Shown piece after piece: positions 22,957-34,896 of a stretch of 50,092 nt of DNA; within the stretch, counting starts at the first letter, position 1, and the number at the start of each line of letters is the position of its first letter. Position numbers and translations under genes: made by a program. The notes beneath the pieces are model-generated. The model was not told where the DNA came from. It saw only the letters and a program-made list of their open reading frames with translations, and ran no database searches. Origin of the DNA: Klebsormidium nitens (Eukaryota; Plantae; Klebsormidiophyceae); assembly GCA_000708835.1 (NCBI GenBank), contig DF237593.1:1-50092 (forward strand). Reading direction: 5' to 3'.

Positions 22957-25415
22957 CTACAGCGCCATCTTGCGACCGCCCGGTAGGGGCACGTTGAGGG
23001 GCCCCACTCCCTGAGTGACGTTGGAAGTGCCCGAGTTCACAGTGACACTAAAGTACGGTGTGCTGTACTCGATGCGCGCGTTCTCAATCGATCCGGTCAG
23101 CAGGTCACTCTGCTTCTGGCCCTCCGTCTTCTGCAATGATCAGGGGAGTAGTAGTCGAGTTCAGATTACATAGCAAGGCTGGAAAAGTTCGCCCGTTGCT
23201 GACGAAGGTCACCTAAAAGAAGCCAAGCGTAAAGTAGAAAGCTCCTCATGAAGCCAGAAAAGCTGAGCTAAAACCTTCGAGAGGCTCTTGAACTCGAAAC
23301 GGATGGGGTAAGGTGGGCACGAATGCGAAGCGCATCTTTTTGTGGGTGTCTTATTAAGAGTGCTTCCTCTAGGTCCCGGTTCTTATCCCAATTTGGCTCA
23401 AACAGTTCGTGTCAACTTTGTTTTGAGTTATGGCTATGTCAAGTAAGGTCAAGCCCGAGGAAGGGTGGGGTTGCTTGGGAATTGATATTGGATGCGGGTG
23501 GGGAGCATGTAATTGTGGGTTTGGATTTTTGATCTGTTTGTGCTTGGGGAATTGATCAAAGACAACCCAGGTCTGACTCAACACAAAATACCGATATCTA
23601 TCTTGGCTCGACCCAGTCTGACACTGCGTGGGGGATCATGTCGATGAGCTCAAACGCGAAGAGGTCAACAAGAAATGATCCAACTCAATTATAGCTTCGG
23701 TCTCACTCCACATAAAATCGAGACTCGTCTTGGCTCAACTGAACCCGAGATTATAACTTACCTGCGTGGGCATCATGTTGATGAGCTTCAGCGCAAACGC
23801 GTCCACCTGCTGCTCCAGGACAACTAGACCGAGGCGGATGGGCTCGAAGAAGCCGGCGGTGTAGGGGGCGCCGGCCAGGAAGCCCTTGTCGCCGATAACG
23901 ATAGCGAGCAGCTGCTGGTGGACGGCGACAAAGGTCTTGAGCGTGGCGACAATCTTCTGGGCGTCCGCGTCGGGGTAGGTGAAGCCCGCGGGGACGAAGC
24001 CCTGGAGCGTCAGCACCATTTGGACGCTGTTGGCGATGTTGACGAAGCCCTGGGCCAGCTGCAAAAGAGGGAATAGAGACAGTCAACGATCTGACGAGAA
24101 TTTTCGAAGCGCAGTCTGAAAGACGTGACCCGGGGCAGGGGGGGGGGAGGAGAGAGGGAATAGAAACAGTTAACGATCTGACGAGAATTATCGAAGCGCC
24201 ATCTGAAAGACGTAACCAGGGACGAGGGGAGGGGAGACCAGGAGGATAGCGAGTTTAGAGGGGAGCGGAGTGAGGATTTCAGGTGCTCAAAAGGATAATA
24301 GAGGTATACCTCCAATGATTGCGACATGGGTTACTAAGGGCGGCTAACGAGGCGGGGCGGCGGAATGAGAGGCAGTTTGGAAGATTCGATTGGAAGGGTT
24401 TATGAGGTTAAGGACGAGTCGCGAAGAGGGGAGAAGGGGCGGTTCAAGAGATCTGGAAGGGAAACTTGTGTGAGGCGGTTTGTAAGAAGTGGCCAGCTCG
24501 GGGAGGTTAACAAGTGTGGAGGTGGAAGGAGGAAGCGTTTCGTGGCTAGGCATGATGAGGAAAGCTTTCAAAGATCTGGGCAGCCGCGAAGGGAGGGGGC
24601 GAAGGGGCGGTCAGCAGTTTGGAGCATGTGAGAGCCGGTTTGTAAAGATGCTTAGGAAAGGTTTGAAGTCGCGGCAAGCTCCGAAGAAGAGGGTCAAAGA
24701 GAGGGAGAAAGGGCTCGTGCCTGTGGAAAGGGATGTGAAAAGAAGTGGACAAGAGGTCAGAACGAATCAGACTGGTGAGCGAACTGCAGAACAAAAATAA
24801 TTGACCGTACTCCTATGACCAATTGAAGCAAGCTGAATGGGTGTTGAGGAGACCTTATATTGGTTTCGTGGGACATGTTCACACCGTCTTCAGGTCAAAC
24901 GTTTCCGCCAAAATGCTCCGGAAAGCTACTATTACCCGAAGCCACACTGCTGCTCGTTGACCCCTGAATCTGAGATGATATGAAGAAAGGTACCTCCTCC
25001 ACTGGTATTCAAGAGCTCTTTTGAGTCGGTTTCACCCTTACGCAGAATCAAAGGTGGTTTCTCATATTCCTGAAAGAGTTCGTTTTGAACAGCCGTTCAG
25101 TCTATTGCACACGATCAGTGGCCTGAGAGGATTATACTGATCTTGGGGTCTGCTGGAATGGGGTTTGATGGATCACGAAAGGAGAAAAGTCTTAGCAGAA
25201 ACACCTCCAACAGCAGCACTAACCTGGGGAACTTGCTGCTGGAAGTTGGTGGGAGTGAACTGGGCAACGCTTTGGAGCGAGCGGGAAGTGTCGGTCAGCA
25301 TGCCGATCGCGCCCGTCAGCACGTCAGCACCGATGCCCCTGCATGACGTCTGCGCGGAAGCAGACGTCACCGCCAGCACAACGAAGAAGAGAGTGGCCAG
25401 AGCGCGGGGAGCCAT
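22957..25415 (-). CDS. Secreted 220-aa protein resembling the fungal UVI-1 family; exons 25415-25224, 24058-23762, 23130-22957
   Basis: Signal peptide MAPRALATLFFVVLAVTSASA. Three phase-0 exons of 192, 297 and 174 nt with GT-AG introns. Core DADAQKIVATLKTFVAVHQQLLAIVIGDKG...FFEPIRLGLVVLEQQVDAFALKLINMMPTQ matches my recollection of the fungal UVI-1-like pattern F.xVHQ.LL..LIGK.G...EPIR..LV.LE..VD.FA..LI..IPTQ. The gene model is solid; the family call is not database-checked. Confidence 0.75.
24067..24230. repeat. 87-bp tandem duplication covering the branch point/polypyrimidine tract of intron 1 of the secreted-protein gene
   Basis: GAGGGAATAGAGACAGTCAACGATCTGACGAGAATTTTCGAAGCGC at 24067 recurs with a few mismatches at 24154. 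Confidence 0.9.
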
Positions 25416-25709
25416 CGGATCTGCAAAAAGGAGTCAGTGAGATGAGCATTTGAGCATTGCCGGAGCGTGGATTGGTTCTATGACTTGTGGGCTTACTTTT
25501 CGTCCCTTTCTGTTAAGCGCAAGAAGGATTTCAGAAAAGGAAGAGGGACCATTGAGCAGGAGACTAGGATGAAAGCTACGGTTACTTGGAGTACGCAGTG
25601 CTGCGCCGTCAACGCTCGTTTTGAAACGGAAACAAGGACCCAAGCCTGATAACGGTCAGCCCGTAAAGCCCGTTGAGCCCCATACTTTTCTTGAGTAGGA
25701 TTCATCTGA

Positions 25710-25718
25710 TTATATATA
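25710..25718 (-). promoter_or_regulatory. TATA box of the secreted-protein gene
   Basis: Minus-strand TATATATAA about 300 bp upstream of ATG 25415. A 5' UTR intron is suggested by donor GTAACC at 25585 and acceptor TTGCAG just before ATCCG-ATG. Confidence 0.55.
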
Positions 25719-28603
25719 CTTATCATGGAGGAACAAGGAGACCAGTTCTTACACCTTCAGTTCAGTGTCCAACAGAAGAATCCGCTACATAGCAATGCCT
25801 AATGCGCAGGTCAGCTTTTGGCTGTTCTCATAATTCTAAAAGTAGGAAGCTGAAAATGGGCTGGGAAAAATGTAGTGAAGCATACTCTCAAAAGCCAAAT
25901 GGTTCATTGACTTCTGAATTCAAACCTCATGGTTCACACAAGATAGTCCACAAACAAGTTGGTTTAAAACTCCTGAAGAGAAGTCCCTCCATACGTGACA
26001 TTGAAAGATCAACACCACTCTGTCAAAACTCTTAAGGAAGTCTTTACGAGTGCCCCAACGTCAAAAAAGGGAGCTTGTTGTGTGACTGGAAGTAGCCTTG
26101 AATAAACCCGGAACCACTGGAATGAATGCAAGCAGCTGATTAATGATCCGCCAAAGCGTCACGCAGAAGGAACGCAATCAACCGAACTTCAGAAGCACCA
26201 TGCACTGAGTGGGCTCTGAGTATCCCTTGTTTACATTGCATACATTCATCCAACCAGCAGCTCGTCACTGCTACTACTACACACCGTGACCAGCAGCGGC
26301 CTTTTGAACGTCCCTGACCAAAGCCGTCACAGCAGTCATACTGGCTGGCTGAATCAACTCCTTGCAGAACGAAGAACTTCATAAGAGAATGGAATCCGAA
26401 ATTTAAGATGGCAAACGCGCGGGTGTAGATAACAGCCAGGAGAACCAGTAGCACAAAGCCAATCTATAACTAAAAGAGAAAGGAAAAGCCAAAAGAGAAG
26501 TGGTAATCCGAGGCCCACCTCAATTGATGCGGCACGGAGCGGAGACCAATGCAAGCTTTGGAGGCGCTTTGGATTGCTGTGGGGTCGAAGAAGTAGCTCG
26601 ACGCCTGAGAGCTTTGAAGTTGCTTTGGGAAAGTGGAAAGAAGTGAGGATTTGGTTTGGCGCTCGCAGCGTTTTATACTCATCGAGCGGGGCCTTGCGTC
26701 TCACTTTCAGTACTTGAAGTCTCATGAGTCACGTATACAGTCTAGAGACGTCTAGGCTACAGTATAGACATGTACAAACGGGTTGGCACTGGGCTGCAAG
26801 GCGCAAACCCGTGTGCGCTCAGGCGGCTGCACTATCATCATCTGCATTATTATTCGCATCATACGTACCAGTACGTCTTTGACTACCTATGGTAGATTGG
26901 CCGCCAGAATTGTTAAACCAGTCCAGATTCCACACTGCACAGTGTGAGTCTGTGAGTTCAGAGGACAGGGGGAGCGGCACGACTTAGGACGGCGGTCCTG
27001 AGATGAGAGGTAGATCTACCCGACGAATGTATCCAAGGCACGAATCACGGTCCACCAGTGACAAGCCAGTACTACTTCAGCAGCTGCAGCCTGCAACCAC
27101 GTACCTAGTCACACCGATGATTGCTCAGTGGGCGAGCAGTGAGCACTCAGCACTGTGAGTGGCTGAGCAGCTGATTCGGAGACTCAATTCAAAAGAATGC
27201 CACGGTCCACGTGGCAGTGCAGGTTAAACTTGAGTAAACCTTGCAAGGGAGTCGGGACTCGGGAGCGGCGGGACTCGGTACCGTCTACCCTCCGTCTACC
27301 TATTCTATGCTCATCAGAAGAGGCGGCTCCTGAGAGGCTCTTGACAAGCCTGATATATTGTTCCAGCCTTCCAGGCTCAGCCAATCACAGTCCTGGAAAG
27401 CTGGAGCCTGGAACTTTCAAGTTATCTCTCGTACCGGTATTAATGGCTTCCAACGCCGGACGTAGACGCGTCCACGCCTCAAGCATGGTGGACCTTCGAG
27501 TATTACCTCAGAATGACGTACCCAGGTGCATGACTTGGGATGACGTCAGTAAACCGCTAGACCTGCGTAACAGTGACGCCAAACACAGAGCAATCAGCCG
27601 CAATGATGGGACCTTTAATTACTGTGCCCTCACGGTCAAATCCGTGCATGATTTTACGAATGATTGATCGAGCATGGCATCATGCATATCGGCTACGAAT
27701 TGGCTCACGAGACTGGAGCAAACTTGGAATAGTTAGGGCTAGCCGCTACCGGTACTTGCGCACCGCGGTCCGCGAAGCGTCCTTCCAGTCTGACCTGAGG
27801 GAAACCGGTGTTTACCACGAACGCCAAACGTAACCGACCGATTTCGAGGGAAACCTCAGAAACCGACTGGGGGCTGCCCTGTGTTGGTCGGAAAACCGAC
27901 TGATATTATGGGCGTCGGTTTAGTGTTAGTCTTTGGTGTGTTCTTATTGTCCTACTATTGAAGTGGAGAGCTTGTGGTCAAAAACATAGTCGAAGTCGCC
28001 TGAATGGAAGAATATACCTACTTGTTTTCGTCTGCTTCTCTGCTCCATATTAGACCAACACCTCTTCGATTTGGGGGATTGGAGCCTCATTGGAACGGCC
28101 CAGAATACTGGAAAGCGAGTGTTATCCTCTTCTACACCGTATTTGTCCACCAAACCGACTCTGTTCATCTGGGTCGCCGGTTAGCCAGAAGCCCAACTCC
28201 GACCGACTGGTCGTGGGATTCGGCCGACCGCCCTCAAGGTGGCCGGTTTTGCGCCGGGTTCTCAAAAACCTCGTGGTAAATTGTAATCACTGCTGCTGAC
28301 CATGAATCCTGCAAATCGCAACCGAAGATGCGCCACAGCGGCCACACTCTCACACTTTTACTCTTTTACTACCTAGCTTCCCTGTGGCGCTCGTGAGAAG
28401 CGACCCTGTCCAGTCGCGTCCCCGTCGCGTCACGACTTCACGGGCCTGAAACCTAGACGTCGTAAACCCCTCAGCTCAAGGCTCCCAAACTGCACAAGTT
28501 GAAGCACGCAACACAACCCAGATCGAGTTGCGTGCTTCCCCCAAGAGGGTCCCCTGGGCCCTTGCTATTAAAAGCCTCAAGCGGCCTGGGCCCAGGATCG
28601 GCT

Positions 28604-29586
28604 NNNNNNNNNNNNNNNNNNNNNNNNNNNNNNNNNNNNNNNNNNNNNNNNNNNNNNNNNNNNNNNNNNNNNNNNNNNNNNNNNNNNNNNNNNNNNNNNN
28701 NNNNNNNNNNNNNNNNNNNNNNNNNNNNNNNNNNNNNNNNNNNNNNNNNNNNNNNNNNNNNNNNNNNNNNNNNNNNNNNNNNNNNNNNNNNNNNNNNNNN
28801 NNNNNNNNNNNNNNNNNNNNNNNNNNNNNNNNNNNNNNNNNNNNNNNNNNNNNNNNNNNNNNNNNNNNNNNNNNNNNNNNNNNNNNNNNNNNNNNNNNNN
28901 NNNNNNNNNNNNNNNNNNNNNNNNNNNNNNNNNNNNNNNNNNNNNNNNNNNNNNNNNNNNNNNNNNNNNNNNNNNNNNNNNNNNNNNNNNNNNNNNNNNN
29001 NNNNNNNNNNNNNNNNNNNNNNNNNNNNNNNNNNNNNNNNNNNNNNNNNNNNNNNNNNNNNNNNNNNNNNNNNNNNNNNNNNNNNNNNNNNNNNNNNNNN
29101 NNNNNNNNNNNNNNNNNNNNNNNNNNNNNNNNNNNNNNNNNNNNNNNNNNNNNNNNNNNNNNNNNNNNNNNNNNNNNNNNNNNNNNNNNNNNNNNNNNNN
29201 NNNNNNNNNNNNNNNNNNNNNNNNNNNNNNNNNNNNNNNNNNNNNNNNNNNNNNNNNNNNNNNNNNNNNNNNNNNNNNNNNNNNNNNNNNNNNNNNNNNN
29301 NNNNNNNNNNNNNNNNNNNNNNNNNNNNNNNNNNNNNNNNNNNNNNNNNNNNNNNNNNNNNNNNNNNNNNNNNNNNNNNNNNNNNNNNNNNNNNNNNNNN
29401 NNNNNNNNNNNNNNNNNNNNNNNNNNNNNNNNNNNNNNNNNNNNNNNNNNNNNNNNNNNNNNNNNNNNNNNNNNNNNNNNNNNNNNNNNNNNNNNNNNNN
29501 NNNNNNNNNNNNNNNNNNNNNNNNNNNNNNNNNNNNNNNNNNNNNNNNNNNNNNNNNNNNNNNNNNNNNNNNNNNNNNNNNNNNNN
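28604..29586. other. Assembly gap (983 N)
   Basis: Run of N. Confidence 1.
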
Positions 29587-29866
29587 TAAGTAGGGTCTCG
29601 CCTGGGCCCGGAGTTGGGATCATCAGTGATCACGGATGGCAGTACGTACCGTACTACGTTGTCCAGGTTCCAGCCAAGTTGGAGTTGCAATCCGATTCGA
29701 GTTAAAGGTCAATTATGATGATCATGATGATGGTCAGCTGATGGTTCACGAATCTCCACGAGCCTGACGAGCGGGGCCGCGAGCAGCACTATTATTTGGC
29801 ACAGTAATCATGAATTCAATGAGAGGCCTGTCCTGGACCCGGCTAGGTCGCAGAGTCACGGTGAAG

Positions 29867-30078
29867 GTCGCGGACGAAGGTCGCGGACATCGCGGAAAGT
29901 CGCGGAAAGTCGCGAAACGTCGCGGGGGATTGCAAGCATCTAAACATAATAAGTTGCTTCAGAACATGTTTACCAAAGGTTTATAAAGTTGCGGTGAAGG
30001 TCGCGAAGTTCGCATAATAAAGTCGCGGAGCAGTCGCGTAAAGTCGCGCAAAATCGCGGAAAGTCGCGCAACGTCGCA
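29867..30078 (+). repeat. Two clusters of (G/A)TCGCG motifs at 10-bp period, possibly transposon subterminal repeats
   Basis: TCGCG at 29868, 29881, 29890, 29900, 29910, 29920 and at 30001, 30023, 30034, 30044, 30054, 30064. Confidence 0.8.
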
Positions 30079-30829
30079 GGCAACTCTGGCAACTTCCGGG
30101 CCCAGGATAGGCCTAATGAGTTTGCTTCGCTTGCCGCTCTACTAGCTAGGTATCTAGCATTCTGTTGAAGACAGCAAGCGAAAGCGAGTACTTCAGTAAG
30201 AGCCTCTAGTTGGCAAATGTCAGTGAAGTATGATATGACGGCCATCTGCAGCCGTTCTAGCTTCTAGCCACGAAGCCATGCCAAGCTAGTAGGCGGCGAC
30301 TTCGAATGAGCTTCGAATGCCAGAGCTCTACTGAAGGGCTGATCTTCAACAGTTGCTTAGAAGTAATTTACGGACCTACAGGAATTTGTTTGACACGTCC
30401 AGTGGGGGGTTGGGGAGCTCAATGATGTCCAGTGGACTGTTGTACTGTGTACAGCTATCGTACATCGATATAATTGCAATTTGTCTTGGAACAATGAGGT
30501 ATATTCCCCATAGTGCTAGATGAGTTTGCTCTTCAAGCGCGGCCTAGCTACTATATGTGACCTTCTTGTCGAGATCGTGTGCACTGTGCAGCCAGATTTC
30601 CATGATGCCTTGTACATTTTGGATGGGTAAGCCACATGCACAATATTGCAATATCATGAAGATCATAATTCCGGAATTTCGAGCATCAGCACTCAGCAGC
30701 GGCGCTGCCCGGGGCGCGGTCGCCCATCGGACCGTCTACCCATCAGCGCTCAAATTGACGTCACGCTTACACAACCGGATGAATCAGATAGTAACCCAGC
30801 TTTAACTGTGACTGAATTGCGCCGCAGAG

Positions 30830-31330
30830 AAAACCAAGCAGTGTGTGGGGTTCCAGAAGTGCAAACTAGAGTCCACGTTCTCCTAGTTCCACGGGGTCTT
30901 CTGTAGTCATATGCAAATGGCACGTGCTCGACGCTCGAGCATCAAAAGGAATCTTGGCTAACATCTTGAAGCCAAGGGCACGCCTAATAATCACATTGCG
31001 CCACGATCAGGCGTTGGAACCGTCGTCGATCCGGACTTACATGCCTGTGGGGTCAGATCTGGCCGCCGCCATGTGAGCGCAGTATGCGTACGTTGTTCCG
31101 TGAATGCAGGCGCGGCCTGTTGCGACGCGGGAAAGCTGCAAGCTGAGCTATCATTGTCACGCTGAGCTAAAAGTGTAGATAATCTAGCTGGACGCTTCTT
31201 CTCAGTCACATAGCGAGCTGATAACTGATCGAATACATTGCGTTGCTTTGAGGAGCCTGAGTTCAAGAAGATGCTCCATGCATATGATCCATCATCCATG
31301 GCCACAAACAATATATCGAAGCTTGTTCCA
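30830..31330 (+). pseudogene. Possible decayed hAT transposase 5' fragment (BED-finger-like part plus the following conserved segment)
   Basis: Broken frames give AVC...KCK...RNLG*HLEAK (BED-like) and LRCFEEPEFKKMLHAYDP, similar to the hAT consensus L.xVE..GF..LM..L.P. Stops and frameshifts are present. Confidence 0.3.
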
Positions 31331-31668
31331 AGTTTAATTTCAATTGAGCTGCCGGATTGCCGGGATGTTTCTTACAATCGTACTAGTCTCAAAGCTCGGA
31401 TATATCAGTGCAGGAGGCCTCGTTGTGCCCGTTTAATTATAGTGTCAAGACCTTAGACTGGGAAGAGAAATCACAAGGCTGCTCGGTTCAGGTCATGCAT
31501 GACTAGATTGTCTAGCAACTCGAAGAGCTGATATCAAGGCCCGAATCCTACTCTAACCTGAGTACGTTATCAGCTTCGGTAGACTGCTCGACGCGGTGTG
31601 AACTCACTCAAACGACAGAAGCAAACGCGTGCGCGGCTGTTTGATTCCCCTAGGCATGCGACCAGTAA

Positions 31669-34115
31669 TCACGAGGGTTCCAATACAGTTCGGAACGTCA
31701 AGCTCAGCCGGGTTCCTTTCACAGCTTTCCGCTTGGGAACCGCATGCTCCCAGTCTCGCTGCATATTTCCCCGCATCAGTAAGACGTCTCCGTTTCCCAA
31801 GTAAAAACTAAATTTGCTCGTCTCTTCCCCTAGCTCTTTCTCATCCTGCGTTTCTCCCCTCGAACTGATCACATCAACAGCTGACACCTTTTCTCGCTTT
31901 GTTCTTTTTGTCCCATGAGCTGAATCGACTTCTGCGCTGGCCCGCTTGCTTCTGACCTTTCTGCGTACGAGAAAGTCGCGTGACGTTCCGAGACTGAGAG
32001 ACGCGATTGTCGGGGCGATGCCGAACAGCTTCTCGGCGTCCGAATGCCAGGCAACGGACGAGTCGCCGTCCGCGTACCGGTTGATCAGGCAGCTGTTGAA
32101 TGCGTACCCGGGAACCGCCTCGCACACCTGCACAAGCCTGGGCAGTTGTTAGTGACTGTGGCAAATGTGGGCTGCTCGAATCAGTCTGCTAGTGAGCCGG
32201 TCGAGTCGAAGTCGCCGCAAGGAGGGCTTGGGGTCCAGACACTAAAGAATACACTGTGACCCCAGATTGAAAAGGGGTCCCAGCATAGGTATAAATAGGT
32301 CCGAGAAAAGTGAAAGCTTTAAAAAGACTCGAACGGAATCTGTTTCTGGCATGATCCTGAACCACCGAACCAGGGCTCGAAATTGCCACAAAGGCCTTGG
32401 CAGAAGCAGAACGACTTAAAGAGAGACTTCGCTAAGAAGACTCTGGTCACCTGTAAAGCAGCAAAACATACAGGCAGGTTGACGAAGGCAAGCGCGTTAG
32501 CACACAGAAAGCAGCGCGCTACAATAGGAAGGGAATATCTAAACGGTCTTAGAAAGCGGAATGCTGAACCCCAGTGATCGTATCATTTTTCGCATGATTT
32601 TATAACAGCACAGAAGGGACTAGTGCCGGGAGTGGCTCGGATGTGACGGGCAAAGAAACGAGGACACTTGAACGTCCCCAAACCAGGGAAAAGAAACGTG
32701 GCTTAATCGTGCAAATTTCCGGATAGGCAAAAGACGACCTGCTCCGACGTAGACTTGACAAGAGAATTTGGCATAACTCGGATGGAAGCGGGTGGTCAGC
32801 ATATGCAACAAGTGAGACTAGGATTTTTTTAGGGGGACAACTGGATTGTGCTGTCTCAGCCCTCTCAGTTCGTCTCGAACTTCAAATGAGATTCCGCTCT
32901 TCCAAGCTTGTAGACGCCCCTGCTTTTCCAGCGATCCTTATAAGGTGCATCAGCTGGTTCTGTCAATGACAAATCAGTGCTCCAGCCTTAGCTGATTAGT
33001 GACAGAACCGGCATGGGGTGCAGAAAGACGATCCTTGTAACCAACACAAAATCAAACGGTATCAGGACTCAGTTGAGCGCTCACCGCATCTCTGATTGCT
33101 TGTAGCACTGGAAAGTCGTCCCAAATGTGGTACGCGGGTGCATGTCCGCTGTACTTGAGAGGCTTTAACCCCGGGTCCGCGATGTAGAACGTTTCTCTTG
33201 GCTGCGCAGAAAAGGCATGGGCTTCGAATCGTCCGTGAAGGAGAGACCGGCGAAACAAGGCAGACTATTCTCGTAATCGAGGGACCAGGAGTGGGCTACC
33301 TTACTGAAGGCGATTGTGAACTTCACCATGCAGAAACCACAACTAACAAAGATTCTGCAGAATCATCGACTTCTTTAATCATAAATCCTGTTGTCCAGCA
33401 ATTGAGGTATGTCCGCTGAAAACGTCAATCCACAAGATCCTGCCGCCAATCACACCTCTGAAATGATCAAGCTTCATCCGTTGCTGCCAAGGACCCCTCC
33501 GTCAGAGATCGCAGGGACAGGGTTCTTTCAGTCTCAATCTTGAGCATTTTCGCGGTGGCTTCCTCATGAAAGACTGACAAGTAGAGCTGGGACTCAATGT
33601 AATTGGCTTTTGTCCTCTTGTTTGTGTCAGGAGGTCACTCGCATCGGGAGGGCATATCCAGTCAGCATCCGCGCCGTTGTGGCTGCTGATTCTGCCGCGC
33701 AACAAACCCCAAAGATCAATAGTACCTCTGGTCACCAGAGAATTGTGACCCTTCGCTCAAACCTCTGCCTTCTACTACATGCAACAGGACTGACTGCCAC
33801 AACGTTCAACGACTACTGAGCTGCACAACAGCATACCACATAGAAAAATGAGAGCCCTCACAGAAACTTTGTGGATCACACTACTGGCAATAGATTCATC
33901 ACACAGCTGCTCACCTGCAGAGACCTGCGTCCCCTGACAAAGATCTCGGGCCTCTCCCAGGGCAGACTACTATCCAGCGCCTTGAACCATTCATCCGCCT
34001 GGTCTGCTGCAAAGTGGCCCGGCAGATAGGAGATGCTGGACCCGCCCCCTAGGTCCAATTCCTGAGCAGCCCTAGTTGCTGCTGTTGGGGGATCCCTGCG
34101 TGTCTTGGCGGTCAT
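31669..34115 (-). CDS. ALKBH2: ALKBH2-like Fe(II)/2-oxoglutarate DNA demethylase, 258 aa; exons 34115-33915, 33201-33085, 32127-31669
   Basis: LPWERPEIFVRGRRSLQPRET, LKYSG, FNSCLINRYADGDSSVAWHSD (HxD), WEHAVPKR (H) and RLSLTFR (RxxxxxR). Three phase-0 exons. Confidence 0.93.
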
Positions 34116-34896
34116 CGGGCCAATCAGCCTTGTTAGAGGGGTGGAAGCCTTGTCAACCGGGTGTGGACGAGCCTGAGCCGTGGTTGGTGTGCAGATAACA
34201 CGGCGCAGCTGCCTGCGCTACCGCCAGCTTTTTATAAGCTTACCTCTAAGGCGCCGGTACACTTCCTGACGGCCTTCAACACAGCGGTGAGGACCAAGAT
34301 GTTCTCTCCTTATCTAGAAGCTGTGCCCATCAAAAGTGTGGGGTTAGGAAGAAGACCCTCTAGATGTTTACCTCTCCGTTCATCTCTTGCAACATGTTCA
34401 AGTTGTCAATGTCAGCTTGCTTGCAAGCCTGCTTGCTTGCTGCAGCCTGCTAGCCGCTACTAACCGACTTAGCCTGGGAGATAACCCGGTTCCAATGTGT
34501 ACCGGCTGGACAACACCGGCTACAAATCCGGCATATGCTGCCAAAGCCCAAGGCTATTCCGAACCCCACATCGAGAAACGGGCGAAAAGACCGGCACAAC
34601 CTGTCCGCCGCTGGTTACCATCTAACTTTGAAACTTCAGTGCATGGGGCTGTTTGCGCAGAGAATTTGAAAGCCCCATGGGAGAACATGGGAAGCCCAAA
34701 GTCAGCACCAGCTAGCAGTGGCACTTACTGTTCAAAGGTAGGAGCTCTACATGGTAGCAGGGTTATTGGCAGCATTCTGAGCTGCCACACTCCCCTTCAG
34801 CCAAGAGAAGACAGAATTGTTGTCTGATTTTGCTAGCAAGAAGCAATGACATAGCCGCCACCTTTCTGCGCTGTTCTCCTGTTTCATTTTCCAACC

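Noticed and set aside
26140-27667. ORFs of 104-156 aa upstream of the secreted-protein gene
   Set aside because: No recognisable domain and no consistent splice chain.
28476-29690. Long ORFs of 348-404 aa in the ORF track
   Set aside because: Artefacts of translating through the N run.
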